The notes under the pieces are model-generated. The model did no database searches, was not told the DNA's origin, and was given only the letters and a program-made list of their open reading frames with translations. Shown in pieces: positions 1-13,556 of a DNA stretch of 64,000 nucleotides. Both the position numbers and the translations under genes were made by a program. Numbering within the stretch: the first letter of the stretch is position 1; every line of letters begins with the position of its first letter. The DNA is from Octopus vulgaris (lineage: Eukaryota): assembly GCA_951406725.2 (NCBI GenBank), contig OX597823.1, positions 100,316,001 to 100,380,000 on the forward strand, read 5' to 3'.

Positions 1-680
1 ACAAGGGTGAAAGATGAGGGGGACAATACAAAACAGACATAAAGTGTGAGGGTTTACATATAAGGAAATGCTAAAATGAAAAGTATACACGATATACATT
101 AGAAGGGTACATGACACTAGAAAAAGAGGGAAAAAAAGGATCGTAATGGGATCCTCCTTATTCAGGAGGACCTCTAGAGATAATCAAGGAACCCCACCAT
201 CCAAGATCACCCTGAGTACCAAGAATGAGAGCCCACTCCAACTTCATAGGCCTACCTATGGTACCATCCATTCTTGCCATTTTTGTAACCTTCATCCACC
301 TTTTGATAAATTCACTCGAGGACAGCACGTCCCTCTCCACCCTCACTTTCCTTTTCAAGTGAAACTCGAAAAAATCGATGAGGGCTTTACCAAAGAGGAA
401 AGTTTCTGTCCTCATTCTTTTCAGCCTTGTCCACCAGATAACCTCTTTCGCCACAGCCACCAGACAAAGGAACACAGCCTTGCCAGCCCGATTAAAGGAG
501 GACGGCAGGGCAACCATCTTTATGGATTCGGACGACAGACGGATCTGTCCTACACACGACAGATGGATCTGTTGGACATAATTCCACAAGTCAGCAATGC
601 CCGGACACTGAACGAGTGCATGCAGAACGGTTTTGTCGCTCTGTGAGCACCTCGTATAAGCCCGTCTGACAGTCTTGACT
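1..680 (-). mobile_element. L1/Tx1-like LINE 3' remnant
   Basis: CCHC knuckle RCSQSDKTVLHALVQC...LW, IWWTR, FHLKRKVRVER, typical of an L1/Tx1 ORF2 C-terminus. Confidence 0.7.
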
Positions 681-1164
681 CCAATGCAACAGTATGTGAC
701 CGTGCATCTTGTGATATTTTCTACCATGTCAGATGGCAGGTTTAGAGCTACCCTTCTCCCATCTCTGTTTACAAATTTTCTTGCAAATTTTAATTCTCCT
801 TCGTCTATGTGGAAGCATTCCATATTCCTCGCCGCTGACGCAAAAGACGTAGGGGCGATATTTGCATTTTTATCTTTTATTTCTTTCGAATTGTTGTTGT
901 TGCTGCTGCTTCTGCATCTGTATGGAAAACAATTAAATTTTAGAAAAATTAAATTGTTTTCCATACTTACAGTTGAAAAAGTTTCAATCAGTCAAACCGG
1001 TACTGAAATGGTTTTTATAAAATTATTTTAGCATTTTCTACCTTGACTTTTTTTCCCATATATTTCAACTCGTGTGTTCCTTTTCAACCTTCTACACACG
1101 CACACACACACACATTTATGATTCCCTTCCTGGGACTGTCACATTAAGTTGACAGTATACAACT

Positions 1165-1223
<59 letters not shown>

Positions 1224-1287
1224 CCAAAGTAATCGTAATCTATTCGACCTGAAAGGTACTTGTAGAAAATTTCATTAAAAAATACCC

Positions 1288-1545
1288 GGATCTTTTCCTT
1301 TTGAACAGCAGTTTTCAACACAATTTCCAGTTAACTAAACACTTTTAAACTTCGTATACTGGTAGAATGTGTCAAAATAAAACATTTTTTTCTCTTGGCT
1401 TTCTTGAGAAAATTGTAATTTGCAAGTTTAACGTAGTTTAATTTTTCGAATTTTAACCAATCAATTGCCTCTAATTGAGCTAAAATTATTTGCTGCGTCT
1501 AAAACTGAGACAACATCCTGTCACTAACCCTAACCCTAACCCTTT
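1288..1545. mobile_element. Truncated GGATCTTTTC-family MITE with (TAACCC)3
   Basis: Same terminus and body as the elements at 24940 and 26186. Confidence 0.65.
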
Positions 1546-1659
1546 GATGTATGGTGGTGGTGGTGGTGGTGGTGGTGGTGAAGAATTACTCTATAATATT
1601 ACTCGTTAATATCTAATTATAATTACAATATAATAAATTTACTTTGCTGGACCAACACT

Positions 1660-1900
1660 GCAAATACTGAAGTAATTTGGAAAGAAATATTTTATTGCAA
1701 AGATGCTTTGGAGGAAATCCCTTCAGAGATGCTGCAGCCTTTACAAGAAATCTTTTTAATATTACCAAAATGAAATTCCAAAGCAGAAAGATTATTCCGG
1801 AGAATGAATGTTATTGAAAGAAAATTGAAAAATATGATACAACTTTCCAATGCCTGAAGCTGTTCTCTGTAAAATATGGCCTGAAATGAGATGAGAACTG
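1660..1900 (+). pseudogene. Decayed hAT transposase C-terminal dimerization segment
   Basis: NSKAERLFRRMNVIERKLKN resembles the hAT S-x-x-ER-x-FS-x-MN-x-I-x-x-KLRN motif. Confidence 0.5.
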
Positions 1901-2804
1901 CAGTAGAGATTACTATTCTTTACCTGGGGCAACGTTGAATAAGACTTACACAATGGATATCTAACTCAGAAATAGGGAGTCTGTCGAAACAGAAAGATAC
2001 AATTCAGAAGCTTCGTTAATTGATGATTTAGACATTATATTAGCAAAGTTTAGCTTCTGTGCTTCTTTTTAAATAAAGTAACTGGCATTATCTATTCATT
2101 CTTAATGCTTTGGTAGATTCAAATATGAATAGATTGATCACCATTGCATTTATCATCAGAGAATACTTTCTCCCTTTAAATAATGTGTGTTCATGACTCA
2201 CAACTCATTGATGTAAGGGGACCTTGAGACATTGCGGTGTTTTGATCTCATTCTGTCTCCACAGTCACAGCTACCACAGATCAATAGATTTAACAAGAGT
2301 ACTGGCACTTGTTAATAGAGATCAACAAACAAACTAATTATTTACTGATGTTGATGTCAGCCAAACTGATAATTATTCATGAGGTGCTCACAAAACAGTA
2401 AGAATCTAAACAATAATGTATCTATTCCTTCTTAAAACATTTTGGTAAATTCAAGCATGACTATACTGACCACTGTCGTAGATCATCATCAGAGAACATC
2501 TTTCCTTTAACCAATGTGTATTCATAATCTACAGGATTCATTGATGTAAGGAGATTTGCATGCACCTCATGAACTATTAACTAGAATCATCTTCTTCTCA
2601 AGTACATTCTTAGGAATCAAGCATTAAACTGAAACTTTCATTTGTCAACATTGTTGGAAAATTTTTGATGAAGTTTAATCTTTGGTTTAAGCAGAGCAAC
2701 AGACATCACCTGTGGATTTTTCGTCAATGGAAACGTAAATGACTAATAGATTTGTTAGCGTGCTGTATGAACATTAATTAAACTGTGTGTATGTATCTGT
2801 GCAT

Positions 2805-3205
2805 GTGAGTATATGTGGTTAGCATGTCTGCTTCCCAGCCACTATTATGGTGCCTTGGACAAGTGTCTCCTACTGTAGAAGACAAAAGTTTTATGAGTGG
2901 GTTTTGGTTGATGGAAACTAAAAGAAGCCCATTATTTGTGTGTATGTGTGTGTGTGTGTGTGTGTGCATGTGTATGTGTGCACCTTCGTCTTACTATCAT
3001 GTGATGGTTGCTGGTTTACAACCAGCATCACCATCACATGAGCAATATTATTCATTTCCAGTCTTCTTTGAAAAAATAAAGGCTGGCCCTGGGGAGAAAT
3101 ATTATTTTGCTTGGAAACAGGTGAGGGTTAGCAACAGGAAGGGCATCCAGCTATTAAAAAATCATCTCAACAAATTCCATCACCTCATGCAAGCATGGAA
3201 AAATG
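2805..3205 (+). mobile_element. Degenerate tRNA-derived SINE plus LINE-like tail
   Basis: Similar to the 18228-18645 element (ggacaagtgtct...gatggaaactaaaagaagccc). Confidence 0.55.
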
Positions 3206-3259
3206 ACCATGTATGTGTCAGCTCATGTACCTCAGTAGCACTCCCTCCAAATCTGTGAA

Positions 3260-3960
3260 CACACACTGTGCCAAGGGAAGCTCAGAATTCAGGTGGCTAC
3301 AAGAATCAGTGTGGTAGAGAAGAGGCATTAAGCTAGCCACCAATTGAAGGTGTACAAAGCAGTTGAACTCCTATACTACTGTATGCCTGTGAGATTTCGA
3401 TGGCTTATGGATACCATGCCAAAAAGCTAAAACCACATCTACATGAACTGCTTGAGAAAGCTGTTGAAAATCTCCTTGAAAGACATGTTCCCTGACACAG
3501 AGGTCTTTACTTGAGCTGATCTGCCAAGCAATTACATACTGCTGAGGAGAATGGAAGTCAGGTGGGCAGGCCACCTTGTTTAAATGCCTGATGTGTGACT
3601 CGCCAAGAGACTGTTCTACGGCAAACTGGCAGAAGGCATGTGCATTGCAAGGTGGACAGAAAGAGTACTTCAAGAACACACTCCAAGCCTCAGTGAAGAG
3701 CTTTGAGATGAACCCTGGCACCTGGGAAATCCAAGTGCAAGAATGCCCTACCTGGCAAAGCTGCACCAACAGAGGTGCCACCTCCAACAAACAGAAGATT
3801 GCAAAAGGGGCAGAAAGAAGACAGGACCCATACAAGTCCAGAACCAACTCGTTGTCTTCTATTCCAGCAGACCACCAGCCCAGTAGTGTCCAGCCTGTGG
3901 CAGGGCCTTCAAAAATATGCATCAGCCAGAGCCAACTCCTTGCCATTGACAGAGTCCCTC
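3260..3960 (+). mobile_element. Decayed RTE/BovB-like LINE 3' part
   Basis: LKVYKAV, RWAGHL, RLFYGKL, GGQK..FKNTL in broken frames. Confidence 0.7.
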
Positions 3961-3974
3961 AATTCCTTATATAG

Positions 3975-6900
3975 CAGTCAATGCAGAAACTAGGGATAGA
4001 TTAGTGGTTGGTGTCAGCTGTACAAGCTACGTACAAGGATGCTGTCAGTAAGGAGAGGGTTGGCAATGAGTATAGAGATGAGTTCAGGGTACAAGTAGGG
4101 TTCACCAAGGATCAGCCCTCAGCCCCCTCTTGTTCATCATTGTCCTCCAGGCAATAACAGGGGAATTCAAGACAGACAGCCCCTGGGAGCTCCTCTATGC
4201 TGATAACCTTATTCTTATAGTTGAATCACTACCAGATACTAAGAAGCTTCAGGTATGGAAGCAAGGTCTAGAATCGAAGGGCCTTAGAGTTAACCCAGCA
4301 AAAACCAAAGTCTTAGTAAGTAGGAAGGCAGACAAATCACAAATCCCTTCAGGTTGATGGCCCTGATTGATCTATAGAAAAGGCATAGGTAGAAACTCCA
4401 TAAGATGTACCTGGTGTAAACTATGGACACATAAGAGGTGCAGCAATATCAGAGGAAGGTTGACAGGGAAAATAGTTTGTGGAAGGTGCCTAGGTACAAT
4501 TAACACTAAAAATGTAGATTCCATCACATGCAGGGGACAAAACTAGAAGTAGTCGATAGCTTCCGTTACCTAGGTGACCATGTTGCACCTCCAAGGGCAT
4601 CCATTGACGGTGATGCCCTCAATCTTAACAGACGGGTATCACCTGATGGAGAAGAGTCAGCCCTCAACCAAACAACACCAAACAAACACCTCATCAGCTG
4701 TAAAAATCATACGATACTCAGCACCCTCAATGCCCGCACCCTCGGCTCTCTTGGCCGTCTAATGCAGAATCACATGGCATTGATATAATAGCTGTTCAAG
4801 AACACCGATTTTACCACCCTGACAACATCCTCAAATACCATCAAGTCGGTTCTTATCAACTTGTAACCTCCTCAGCATCAAAGAATACTGTTAATTCAAC
4901 AGTTGGAGGTATCGGATTTCTACTTTCATCAAAAGCTAGTGATACTCTCTTGAGTATAGAGTCAATCTCACGTAGAATTATGGTGCTTGAGATAGATGGA
5001 AACCCAAAAACAACATTGGTATGTGTGTATAGCCCACATAATTCGTCTGTGGCAGACGAAATTGAAACTTTTTATACAACCCTTCGTTCAACCATTGAAC
5101 AAGTACCTCTCCATAATTTTCTGGTTATAGCTGGTGATCTGAATGCTAGACTAGGACCCGATGAGACCAAGTTTACTTTCAACTCTAAAACCAATCGGAA
5201 CGGAGAAATGCTCAAAGACTTCTTGGAGGAATTTAATCTCTACACCTCCAACAATTCTTTTATGAAACCAAAAGGTCAACTTTGGACATTTGAGTCCCCA
5301 CTTGGTGATAGGGCACAAATTGACTACCTCATCTTTCAAAAGAAATGGCGCAATAGTGTTAAAGACTCGAGATCCTACTCTTCCTTTAGTTCTGTCGGCT
5401 CTGACCACAGAATTGTATCAGCTACCGTTAAGCTTAGTCTTCGCTCATCCAAAAAAACTAAGCCTCACCTGATCAAAATGATCGACTGGGAGGAAGTCTT
5501 ATCTAACCCCGATATGTCCAAACAATTTACTATTGAGGTCTATAACACATTTCAATCTCTGTCTACTTCTGAAATAGATGCTGAGAACACTGAGGAAGTA
5601 TACAGCAGCCTCATCAAATCAACAGAGGAAGTTGCACTGGCTACTCTTCCCAAAAAGAAGAGTAGGGGCCAGAGCAAACCTTCTAATTCCCCAAATGTCA
5701 TCGAAGCCAGAAACCATCTAAAGTCTATATCACTAGCTTACCACCGTTCTCCATCCCAGTCACTGAAGATCCAACTCATAGCTGCCGGGAAGAATCTTGA
5801 TGAGGCTTACTTGAACGCCGAGGTCGAATTTATCAATGGCAAAATTAGTAAACTATCGAAAGAGCACATTAGTAAAAAACACCATCTCGCCTGGAAATCT
5901 ATCAAAGACCTATCAGGCAAAAATTCTGGGTCATCAATTAGAATTAAAGGGGGATCAGCTAAGAAGCGTTTAGAAAATTGGTCAACCCATTTTAAAAACC
6001 TCCTTGGGAAGAATGCCAAAATCCCTGATAACCCCACTCTTCCAAGTGTGCCTATATCAGACACGCTGGACATCAACACCTCCCCTTTTACCATATTTGA
6101 ACTAACAGCAGCCACCAAGCAACTAAAAGCCTCGAAAGCATTTGGTCCCGACAACATCCCAGCTGTAATTTGGAAGGATGATAGATTTCACACACTTTTG
6201 CTCAACCTCTGCAACCACACACTTTCCACCTTTGTCGCTCCAAAGATTTGGCACCAATCTCAAATCATTCCAATACCCAAAAAAGGCGATTTGTCCCCCA
6301 TCACCAACTACAGGGGCATATCTCTAATGTCAATTGCTGCAAAACTGTACAACAAATTGATCCTAAATCGTCTTGTCCTTTTTGTTGAACCTTTGCTCTG
6401 AAAGAACCAAAATGGATTCAGACATGGGCGCTTAACGCTGAGCCAGATACTATGCCTGCGCAGACTTATTGAAGAATCAAAAGCATTTAATCGCGATCTT
6501 GCAATGGTATTTGTAGACTTTTCTAAAGCATTCGATTCTGTAGATAGGTACAAGATGTTTGAAATCCTTAAGCTCTATGGGATACCAGACAAAATTATTT
6601 CTGCCATCAAGGTCCTCTACACAGATACGTCTTCAACCATCTTAACCCCTGATGGAGAAACATCATCTTTCTCAATCAAAGCCGGAATACTGTAGGGAGA
6701 CACACTCGCCCCATTTCTTTTCATCATTGTTGTTGATTATGTGCTATGTGTGTCAGTTGATACCATCTCTGGCAAGGGCTTTGAAATAAAACCAAGAAGA
6801 AGTTCCAGACACCCAGCTGAGTACTTGACAGACACTGACTTTGCTGACGACATCACTCTTATCAGTGATTCTCTCTCCAATGCCCAGTCTCTTTTACAAT

Positions 6901-8030
6901 CTCTTGAACAAGCCTCAAATTGTGTAGGTCTTTACCTCAATGAGGCCAAAACTGAATACATAAACAAGTGCCTGTCCAACAGTGATTGCATCATCCACAC
7001 TCTCAACAGTGCGCCTTTAAATATGGTTTCTGATTATAAATATCTTGGGTCATACATATCATCATCTGGAAAAGACTTTCTAACTAGAAAGGGTATGGCC
7101 TGGTCAGCCTGTAATGACATGCATAAGATCTGGTCATCAAATCTAAGTAGAGACTTCAAACTTGAAATATTCAAAGCCACAGTCGAACCAATTCTACTAT
7201 ATGGCTCAGAAACCTGGACGTTATCAAAGAAGCTTGAGAGGCGGTTGGATGGAACCTACACTCGCCTCCTTATGAGAGCTCAAAATCTCTCGTGGAAGCG
7301 CCATCCAACCAAAATGCAAATATATGGGAAATTACCACCTGTGTCATCTCTTGTGAAAGGTAGGAGAGTCCAGTTTGCTGGACATTGTTGTAGAGCTGAA
7401 AAAGAAGTAATTTCTACTCTTCTCCTCTGGAAGCCATCTACTCGCAATACCAGAGGGCGCACACTCTCCTACCCTGATGTAATCTCCAGGGATACAGGCA
7501 TCCAGCAACAGGACCTCCGTAATGCTATGATGGACCGTGAAGTCTGGCGTAACATAGTAAATTCCATTGTCTCGACCACGGTCGAACAATGATGATGATG
7601 AATGATAGGTGACCAAGTCAGTGGAGGCGGGGGTGGATGCTCCGTGAGTGAAGCTGCTAGAAGAATAGACTGGGCAAAGTTCAGAGAGTTCCTACCTCTG
7701 CTGGTAACAAAGGGCCTCTCGCTGAGAGCGAAAGGCAAACTACTGTATGATGCCTGTGTACGAACAGCCATGCTACACATCGGTGAAACATGGGCTTTGA
7801 CTGCTGAAGACATGCATAGGCTTGAGAGAAACGAAGCTAGTATGCTCCGCTGGATGCGTAATGTCAGTGTGCCTTCACAGCAGAGTGTAAGCGTCCTGAG
7901 AAAAAAGTTGGACATAAGAGGCATCAGATGTAGTGTGCAAGAAAGACGACTGCGCTAGTCTGGTCATGTTATGTGTATGAATGACAACAGCTGTGTGAAG
8001 AAGTGTCGCACCCTAGCCGTAGAAGGAACT
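3975..8030 (+). mobile_element. Abundant RTE-type LINE copy (host), split by a nested insertion at 4581-7605
   Basis: HQGSALSPLLF/PWELLYAD motifs and Cys-rich insert. The frame is interrupted at YLGD and resumes as DQVSGGGG at 7606. Confidence 0.8.
4581..7605 (+). mobile_element. Near full-length RTE-clade LINE (AP endonuclease + RT), inactivated
   Basis: GDLNA, SDH, YRGISL, DFSKAFDSV, FADD; stops at 6399 and 6693; 3' hairpin tcgacc-ac-ggtcga and (TGA)n tail; 10-bp TSD TAGGTGACCA (4571-4580 / 7606-7615). Confidence 0.92.
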
Positions 8031-8248
8031 TAACCAAACTGAACCTAAGATAGGATAGTTTATATGTGAACGTCGAGGGATGCTTAACCTCAGACCACGG
8101 CTGGTATTAATATTAACAAAAGAATAATCTACGTTGCCTGTCCACCTGCTCAACCTTACGAAGATACTTTGGTCAATATATTTTTGGTTATGACTTTAAT
8201 GCCATTCATCGAAACTACCAGTATTATTTATTTGTTTAAAGTTTCTTA

Positions 8249-8342
8249 GGCGAAGGTAAAGAATATGCACACCACCTGATTCCGGCATAATCCTAACTCG
8301 AAACGCCGAAAACGGGCGGTGTGCGTATTCTTTACCCTTGCC
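8249..8342. mobile_element. 94-bp MITE with GG termini
   Basis: About 25-bp terminal inverted repeats (TIRs) ggcgaaggtaaagaata / tattctttacccttgcc; flanks GTTTCTTA / GTTTCTTT (7/8 TSD). Confidence 0.7.
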
Positions 8343-8899
8343 GTTTCTTTAACGGATGTTCACCAACGAAGACTGTCGCTATGTTCCCAGAATCAATCCA
8401 ACATTTAAACTTCTTCAAATATTAATAAAGAGAGGAAATTTTACTGAAAATTAAAGCCACAATCTGTAAAAGTGGAGAAAATGAAGCACAATAAACTAAA
8501 ATATTAATAATAAGGAGAAAATGCAAAAAAAACCATTTGTGTTCGTTGAATGTATTATTTCTAATTAGATTTTTGATGTTTTGCCTTGAATATGTTGACA
8601 CCCTACAAATATTTACTATTCTAGTCGATGAATCAGTAAAGATGCTATCCATTTTACCCCAAATATGATTTATATATTCTAATCGGCTTTCATCTGCCAA
8701 TGCTCGAAGGCAATCCATCTATAACCATCACGTCTTTCGGAACAGGTGCGTAAAATGCCCTTCAAAAACCATTACCAGATACTTACGTAAAGGCTTTCCA
8801 CCGACAAATTTACGAGCCATTATGATATGCTAACCATTTCGTTAGCACATTTCCATGAAAAGTCTTTGGTAGACAGAAACTGAAAGAAACCCTGCCATG

Positions 8900-11800
8900 T
8901 ATCATCATCATCATCATCATGTAATGTCTTGGACGGTTTGATTGAAGACTGGCAAGCTAGTAGGCTGCACCAGGCTCCAATCTGATCTGGCAGTATTTCT
9001 ACATTGGATGCCCTTCCTAACACCAACCACTCTGAGAGTGTAGTGGGTGCTTTTTACATGCCACCGGTATGGGAGCCAGTCAGGTGGTATTGGCATCGAC
9101 CACGTTCTCAATCACAACATGTCTCCAGAGGTCTCAGTCTGTTGTCATTGCCTCTGTGAGGACCAAAGTTCGAAGGCCATGGTTTAATAATATAATAATA
9201 ATGAAATTATTGTATACAGTGATCAGGTGCACCACAACTTGTCAGAAAGTGCATATAAAGTACATGCAGTAATGTAAAAATGTCTGGAAAACGAACAATG
9301 TATGAGTCAGATACATGCTTGTGTGTGCATGGAGGGGAGAAAATCAGGTGTAGTGTTGGCAAATCTCAGAAAGCATGGAAGTTTTGAAGGATGCAGTGCT
9401 CCGACAACTAACAACTGATGCCAGCAGTTTGTTTCATGCTTCAGCAACTCTCAGCGTGAAAAAATGTTTCCTGAAGTCATGGGAACTGTGCTGTTTTCTG
9501 ACTTTGTAAATATGTCCACGGGTGTTAGATGGGTGGAGTTTGAAAAGGTGCTCAGAGTTATTGTTTGTACGATGGTTGATAATTTTATGGGTGTCTGCCA
9601 AGTCAGCTGCCAGACGTCAGAGTTTCAATGTGTCCATGCCCAGGAAGTAAGGCGTTCAGGATATGGCAAATGCCTGATGGAGGGTATTCTTTTGGTTGCA
9701 CGTCGCTGAACAGCTTCCAGACGATTGATATCCTGGGCAAGATAGGGGTTCAAGACCGGTGATGCAAATTCCAGGTGAGGTCTTACCATAGCTATATAAA
9801 GCCGCAGATAGATAGCCGGAGAGCGGCTCACAAAGGATTTGGTGAGTGATGCCAAGACACCCTCAGACTTCTTGACAATTTTAGCGATGTGTTTTGTCCA
9901 ACGCAAATCACTGTCGACAATAACACCCAGGTCACGTTCACATGAAGACTTTTTGAGACTAGTGTTGTGGAGGGAGTAGGTGGACGCTGGGTTTCTCCTC
10001 CCAAAATGCATGGTGGAACATTTGTCCACAGCCAGCTTGAGTTGCCAGTCCATGATCCACTGCTGCATTGTGTCCAGGTCTGCTTGCAATAGAGATCTAT
10101 AGTGTACAGGATTTGACCTCTTTATTTCGAGGTACAGCTTGATGTCATCTGCATATTTCAGCACTGTGGCATTCTTTAAGTTGGCATCTATGTCATTAAC
10201 ATATGCAACAAATAAAAGGGTGCCAAGAACAGATCCCTGTGGTACACCAGATGTCATCTCATAGGGCGAAGAGTGCTGTCCTAGAACTGTGACAACCTCT
10301 TTTCGGTTGAAAATAAAGGACTTCAACCAGTTATAGAGTTCATCTCTTACACCCAACGCAGAAAGCTTCACCATAAGTCTTTTGAGTGGCACAGAGTTAA
10401 AAGCCTTAGCAAAGTCAAGGTAAACAACATCCACCCAGGATCTGCGATCAGCGATTTGGGTAACGTCCTCAAGAAACTCGATGAGTTGATTACAGCAGCT
10501 GGAGTTAGGAATAAATCCGAATTGTGACGGCTGGATGAGGCTGTGAGACTTCCAGAAGTTCCAGAGGGTTTCTCTGATACAGGATTCCATCAGTTTGGCG
10601 ATGCAGCTAGTAAGACTGATGGGGCGATAGTTGACAGGCGATGTGCGGTCGCCTTTTTTGAACAGAGGGATGACACTGGCAGTTTTCCACTGTTCTGGAG
10701 TAACACCATTGTCAAGACAGAATTGGAAGAATAGAGAAAGTTGGCTTAGAAGAAAGTAGCCACCGCATTTGAGAAGTAGGTATGTAACACCATCGAGACC
10801 ATAAGAGGCATAATTGCGTTTATTCTTAAGGTGGCGTTGCAGCATTGCTGGTGTAAATTGCATAGTAGATATAGAGTCCGATGTCAGTGGTAATGAAGAT
10901 GGAACATTTTAGTCTTCGACAGTAAAGATGCCGGCATAGCATCCAGCAATGATTTCTTCAGGATTGCCAGTAATCTGTCCTGTGTGGGGATTGCGAAGGG
11001 GACCAACTGGAGAGTGGGGTCTCTGCTTTGAGTGCACATACTTCCAGAACACTTTGCTGTCAGGGTTAGCTGCAATGCGTTGTTCAAATTCAAGCACTGC
11101 CTTTTTTGTCACCTGCTTGAGGTGGTTGGCTGACCTATTGCGCTTTTTCCTGTTGCTCTCTGATTTGTGCAATTTGTATTCCTGTTCAGCATTACGGCAT
11201 TCTTTCCTGGCAAGTCGGACTGCTGCAGTCTCCCAAATTGCACTATTGGGTGGTTTTTTGTGCTTGCGTGGTACTGATGCTGCACATGCTGCCCATATTG
11301 AATTCAAAATGTTCTGGAGTATAGTGTCCACATCTCCAGAGGCATAAAATTCGCGCCAGTTTGGGCATTGCAGCTCAGTACAATAAGAGCTCCAGTTTGC
11401 TTTATTCCAGTCAAAGCGGGCAGTCTGAAGATGGTTGTGTTTTTTGTTACAACCAATCAGAGACAAGTCGGCCATGATCATGGAATGATCAGAGTCACCT
11501 AAAGGTTCTTCGGTAGTGACACTAATGATTGTTTCAGGAGAAGCGGTAAGTAGCAGATCCAAAGTGTTGTTACCCCTTGTGGGGGAGGTGGGACCAATTT
11601 GAATTCAGCACCAGTTCAAGGAAATCATCTGCACTTTGCGGCCAACGGAAGGCCTCCCAGTCAATCTCAGGGTAATTGAAGTCGCCCGCAATATACACAT
11701 ATGTGGCTGTTTTCATGGCAGCAGCTCTGAGGATATCAAAAAGCTGTGCGTTGGCAATAATTTGGAGGACGGTAAACAACTCCAAACAGAAGTGTTGACA

Positions 11801-12290
11801 TGGTCATGTGTATATTGCAGAAAAATACTTCCTGCTGAGATTGGTTCAAATCATCACAGGGGATTGCCGATAGATTTGATCAAATATAAATCATCACACC
11901 CCCTCCACGGCGATTAATGCGGTCTTTGTGGAACAGGTTGTTTACCACCTCATCCCATGCCTTCCTGGGTCTACCTCTTCCACGGGTTCCTTCCACTATT
12001 AGGGAGTGACACTTCTTCACACAGCTCTCCTGATCCATACAGCACATAACCATACCAGCGCAGTTGTCTCTATTGCACACCACATCTGATGCTTCTTATG
12101 TCCAACATTTCTCTCATGGTGCTTACACTGTCGTGTATGCACACTGACATTACACATCCAGCGGATCATACTAGTTTCATTTCTTTCAAGCCTACATATG
12201 TCCTCAGCAGTCACGGTCCATGTTTCACTACCATGTAACATAGCAGTTCACATACATGCATCACACAGTCTACCTTTCACTGTGAGCAAG
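8900..12290 (-). mobile_element. RTE-type LINE 3' copy split by an older CR1
   Basis: MLHGSETW...GRGRPRKAWDEVV at 11941-12290; continuation, 3' UTR and (GAT)n tail at 8900-9186. Confidence 0.75.
9187..11940 (-). mobile_element. Older, frameshifted, 5'-truncated CR1 LINE
   Basis: GDFN, GDSDH, GVPQGSVLG, YADD, VQRRATK; (TTA)n tail; GTTTA at both junctions. Confidence 0.9.
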
Positions 12291-13009
12291 AGCCCCATTT
12301 TAACAATATCTGTATATTTTCTACTCTACAACTCCACTATAAACACTGTTTCTATCAAGTATTGTATTTTTGCTCAAATCTGTTAAGCAATTACATTTGC
12401 TAAATGAAGAATGACAATAAATATATGCACTTAAGTTAACTTCAAGCACCAAAGTTTCAAATTTTCTTACCCCAAAATTGGTGGAAGGAATTGCTGTCTT
12501 AAACTTTTTCTGTGCTAATGACTTTCTAATGTGGCACATTTTTGTTATGATATCACATTGGCACATTACCATAGTTTGTTTGCTCATTATTGAGAAAGAA
12601 ATAAAATCGAAATGGATACTCTTAGTAAGTTGGAAGTTTCAAGCCTGAAAAATTACATGTGACAAGGGTAACTGGACATCGGTAAGCATCATTGCATCTG
12701 CTTGGAGACTTATTCTGCGGTACTTCTCTAAGCTGGTTGCCAACAGTCCTTTTTATTTTTTTCAACAATCATAAATGCTATGTACCATGAAACTGTACAC
12801 AAGTCCTCCATACTTAAAAGGCTGTAAGTATATATGAGACCACATTGTATTAAGATTAGACTTCCAATTAAATGTGGGTGATGCTAATTATTGTCCAATT
12901 GTGTTTAAAGTTTAAACTTGATAAAAATAAGCTTTTAAGTAATTCCTGCTGGGTTGAATTTTCTGATAATTATTTTTAATTCTTGTAAACCCAGTAGAAT
13001 CGACTAAAT

Positions 13010-13556
13010 CAGGGGTCAGGGAACTAATTACCCCAAAATATATTTATTTATGCCGACGTTACCCCCTTGATTTGAAAAGAAGAAATTGATAGATTCTTTG
13101 AATTCAAAAGGTTTATTGAATCTATTTATATGGAAAATACAATTATAAAAAGTATAAAACAAATGCAAGAAAATAAATCAATACAGTCGTTATGAAACAA
13201 AAGGATTTTTCTCAAAACTTTTTCACTTCAGGTTTTGGAGAAATGATATTGCTTCATTTTTGTTAGAATAACATCAAAATTGTAACATTTTGATACCAGA
13301 GCAGTTTGGATACAGTCTTTAGGGTCCAACCCATTACTCTTTGTTTTTTTATTTTCATTAGAGTGCTAAATCCTTGTTTGCAAAAAGGCAGCAACTTTTT
13401 GACTGCCTCCTCATGCCACAAGGAAAATGTCTGTCATAACAAGGAACACGTTTTTTTTTAATATAATTTTACTTATGTCTAATGGGTCCTCATTACCCAA
13501 AAGAATTTCACTTTTACCCCCACTTGGTGTAATTTACCCCAGTTCCCAAACCCCTG
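13010..13556 (-). mobile_element. hAT-Charlie-like non-autonomous element
   Basis: CAGGGGT...ACCCCTG termini; internal QGFSTLMKIK-like remnant on minus strand; TSD not clear. Confidence 0.65.

Noticed and set aside
1525-1542. (TAACCC)3 as a telomere or chromosome-fusion scar
   Set aside because: Only three units, embedded in the GGATCTTTTC MITE; a similar tract is in the copy at about 25016.
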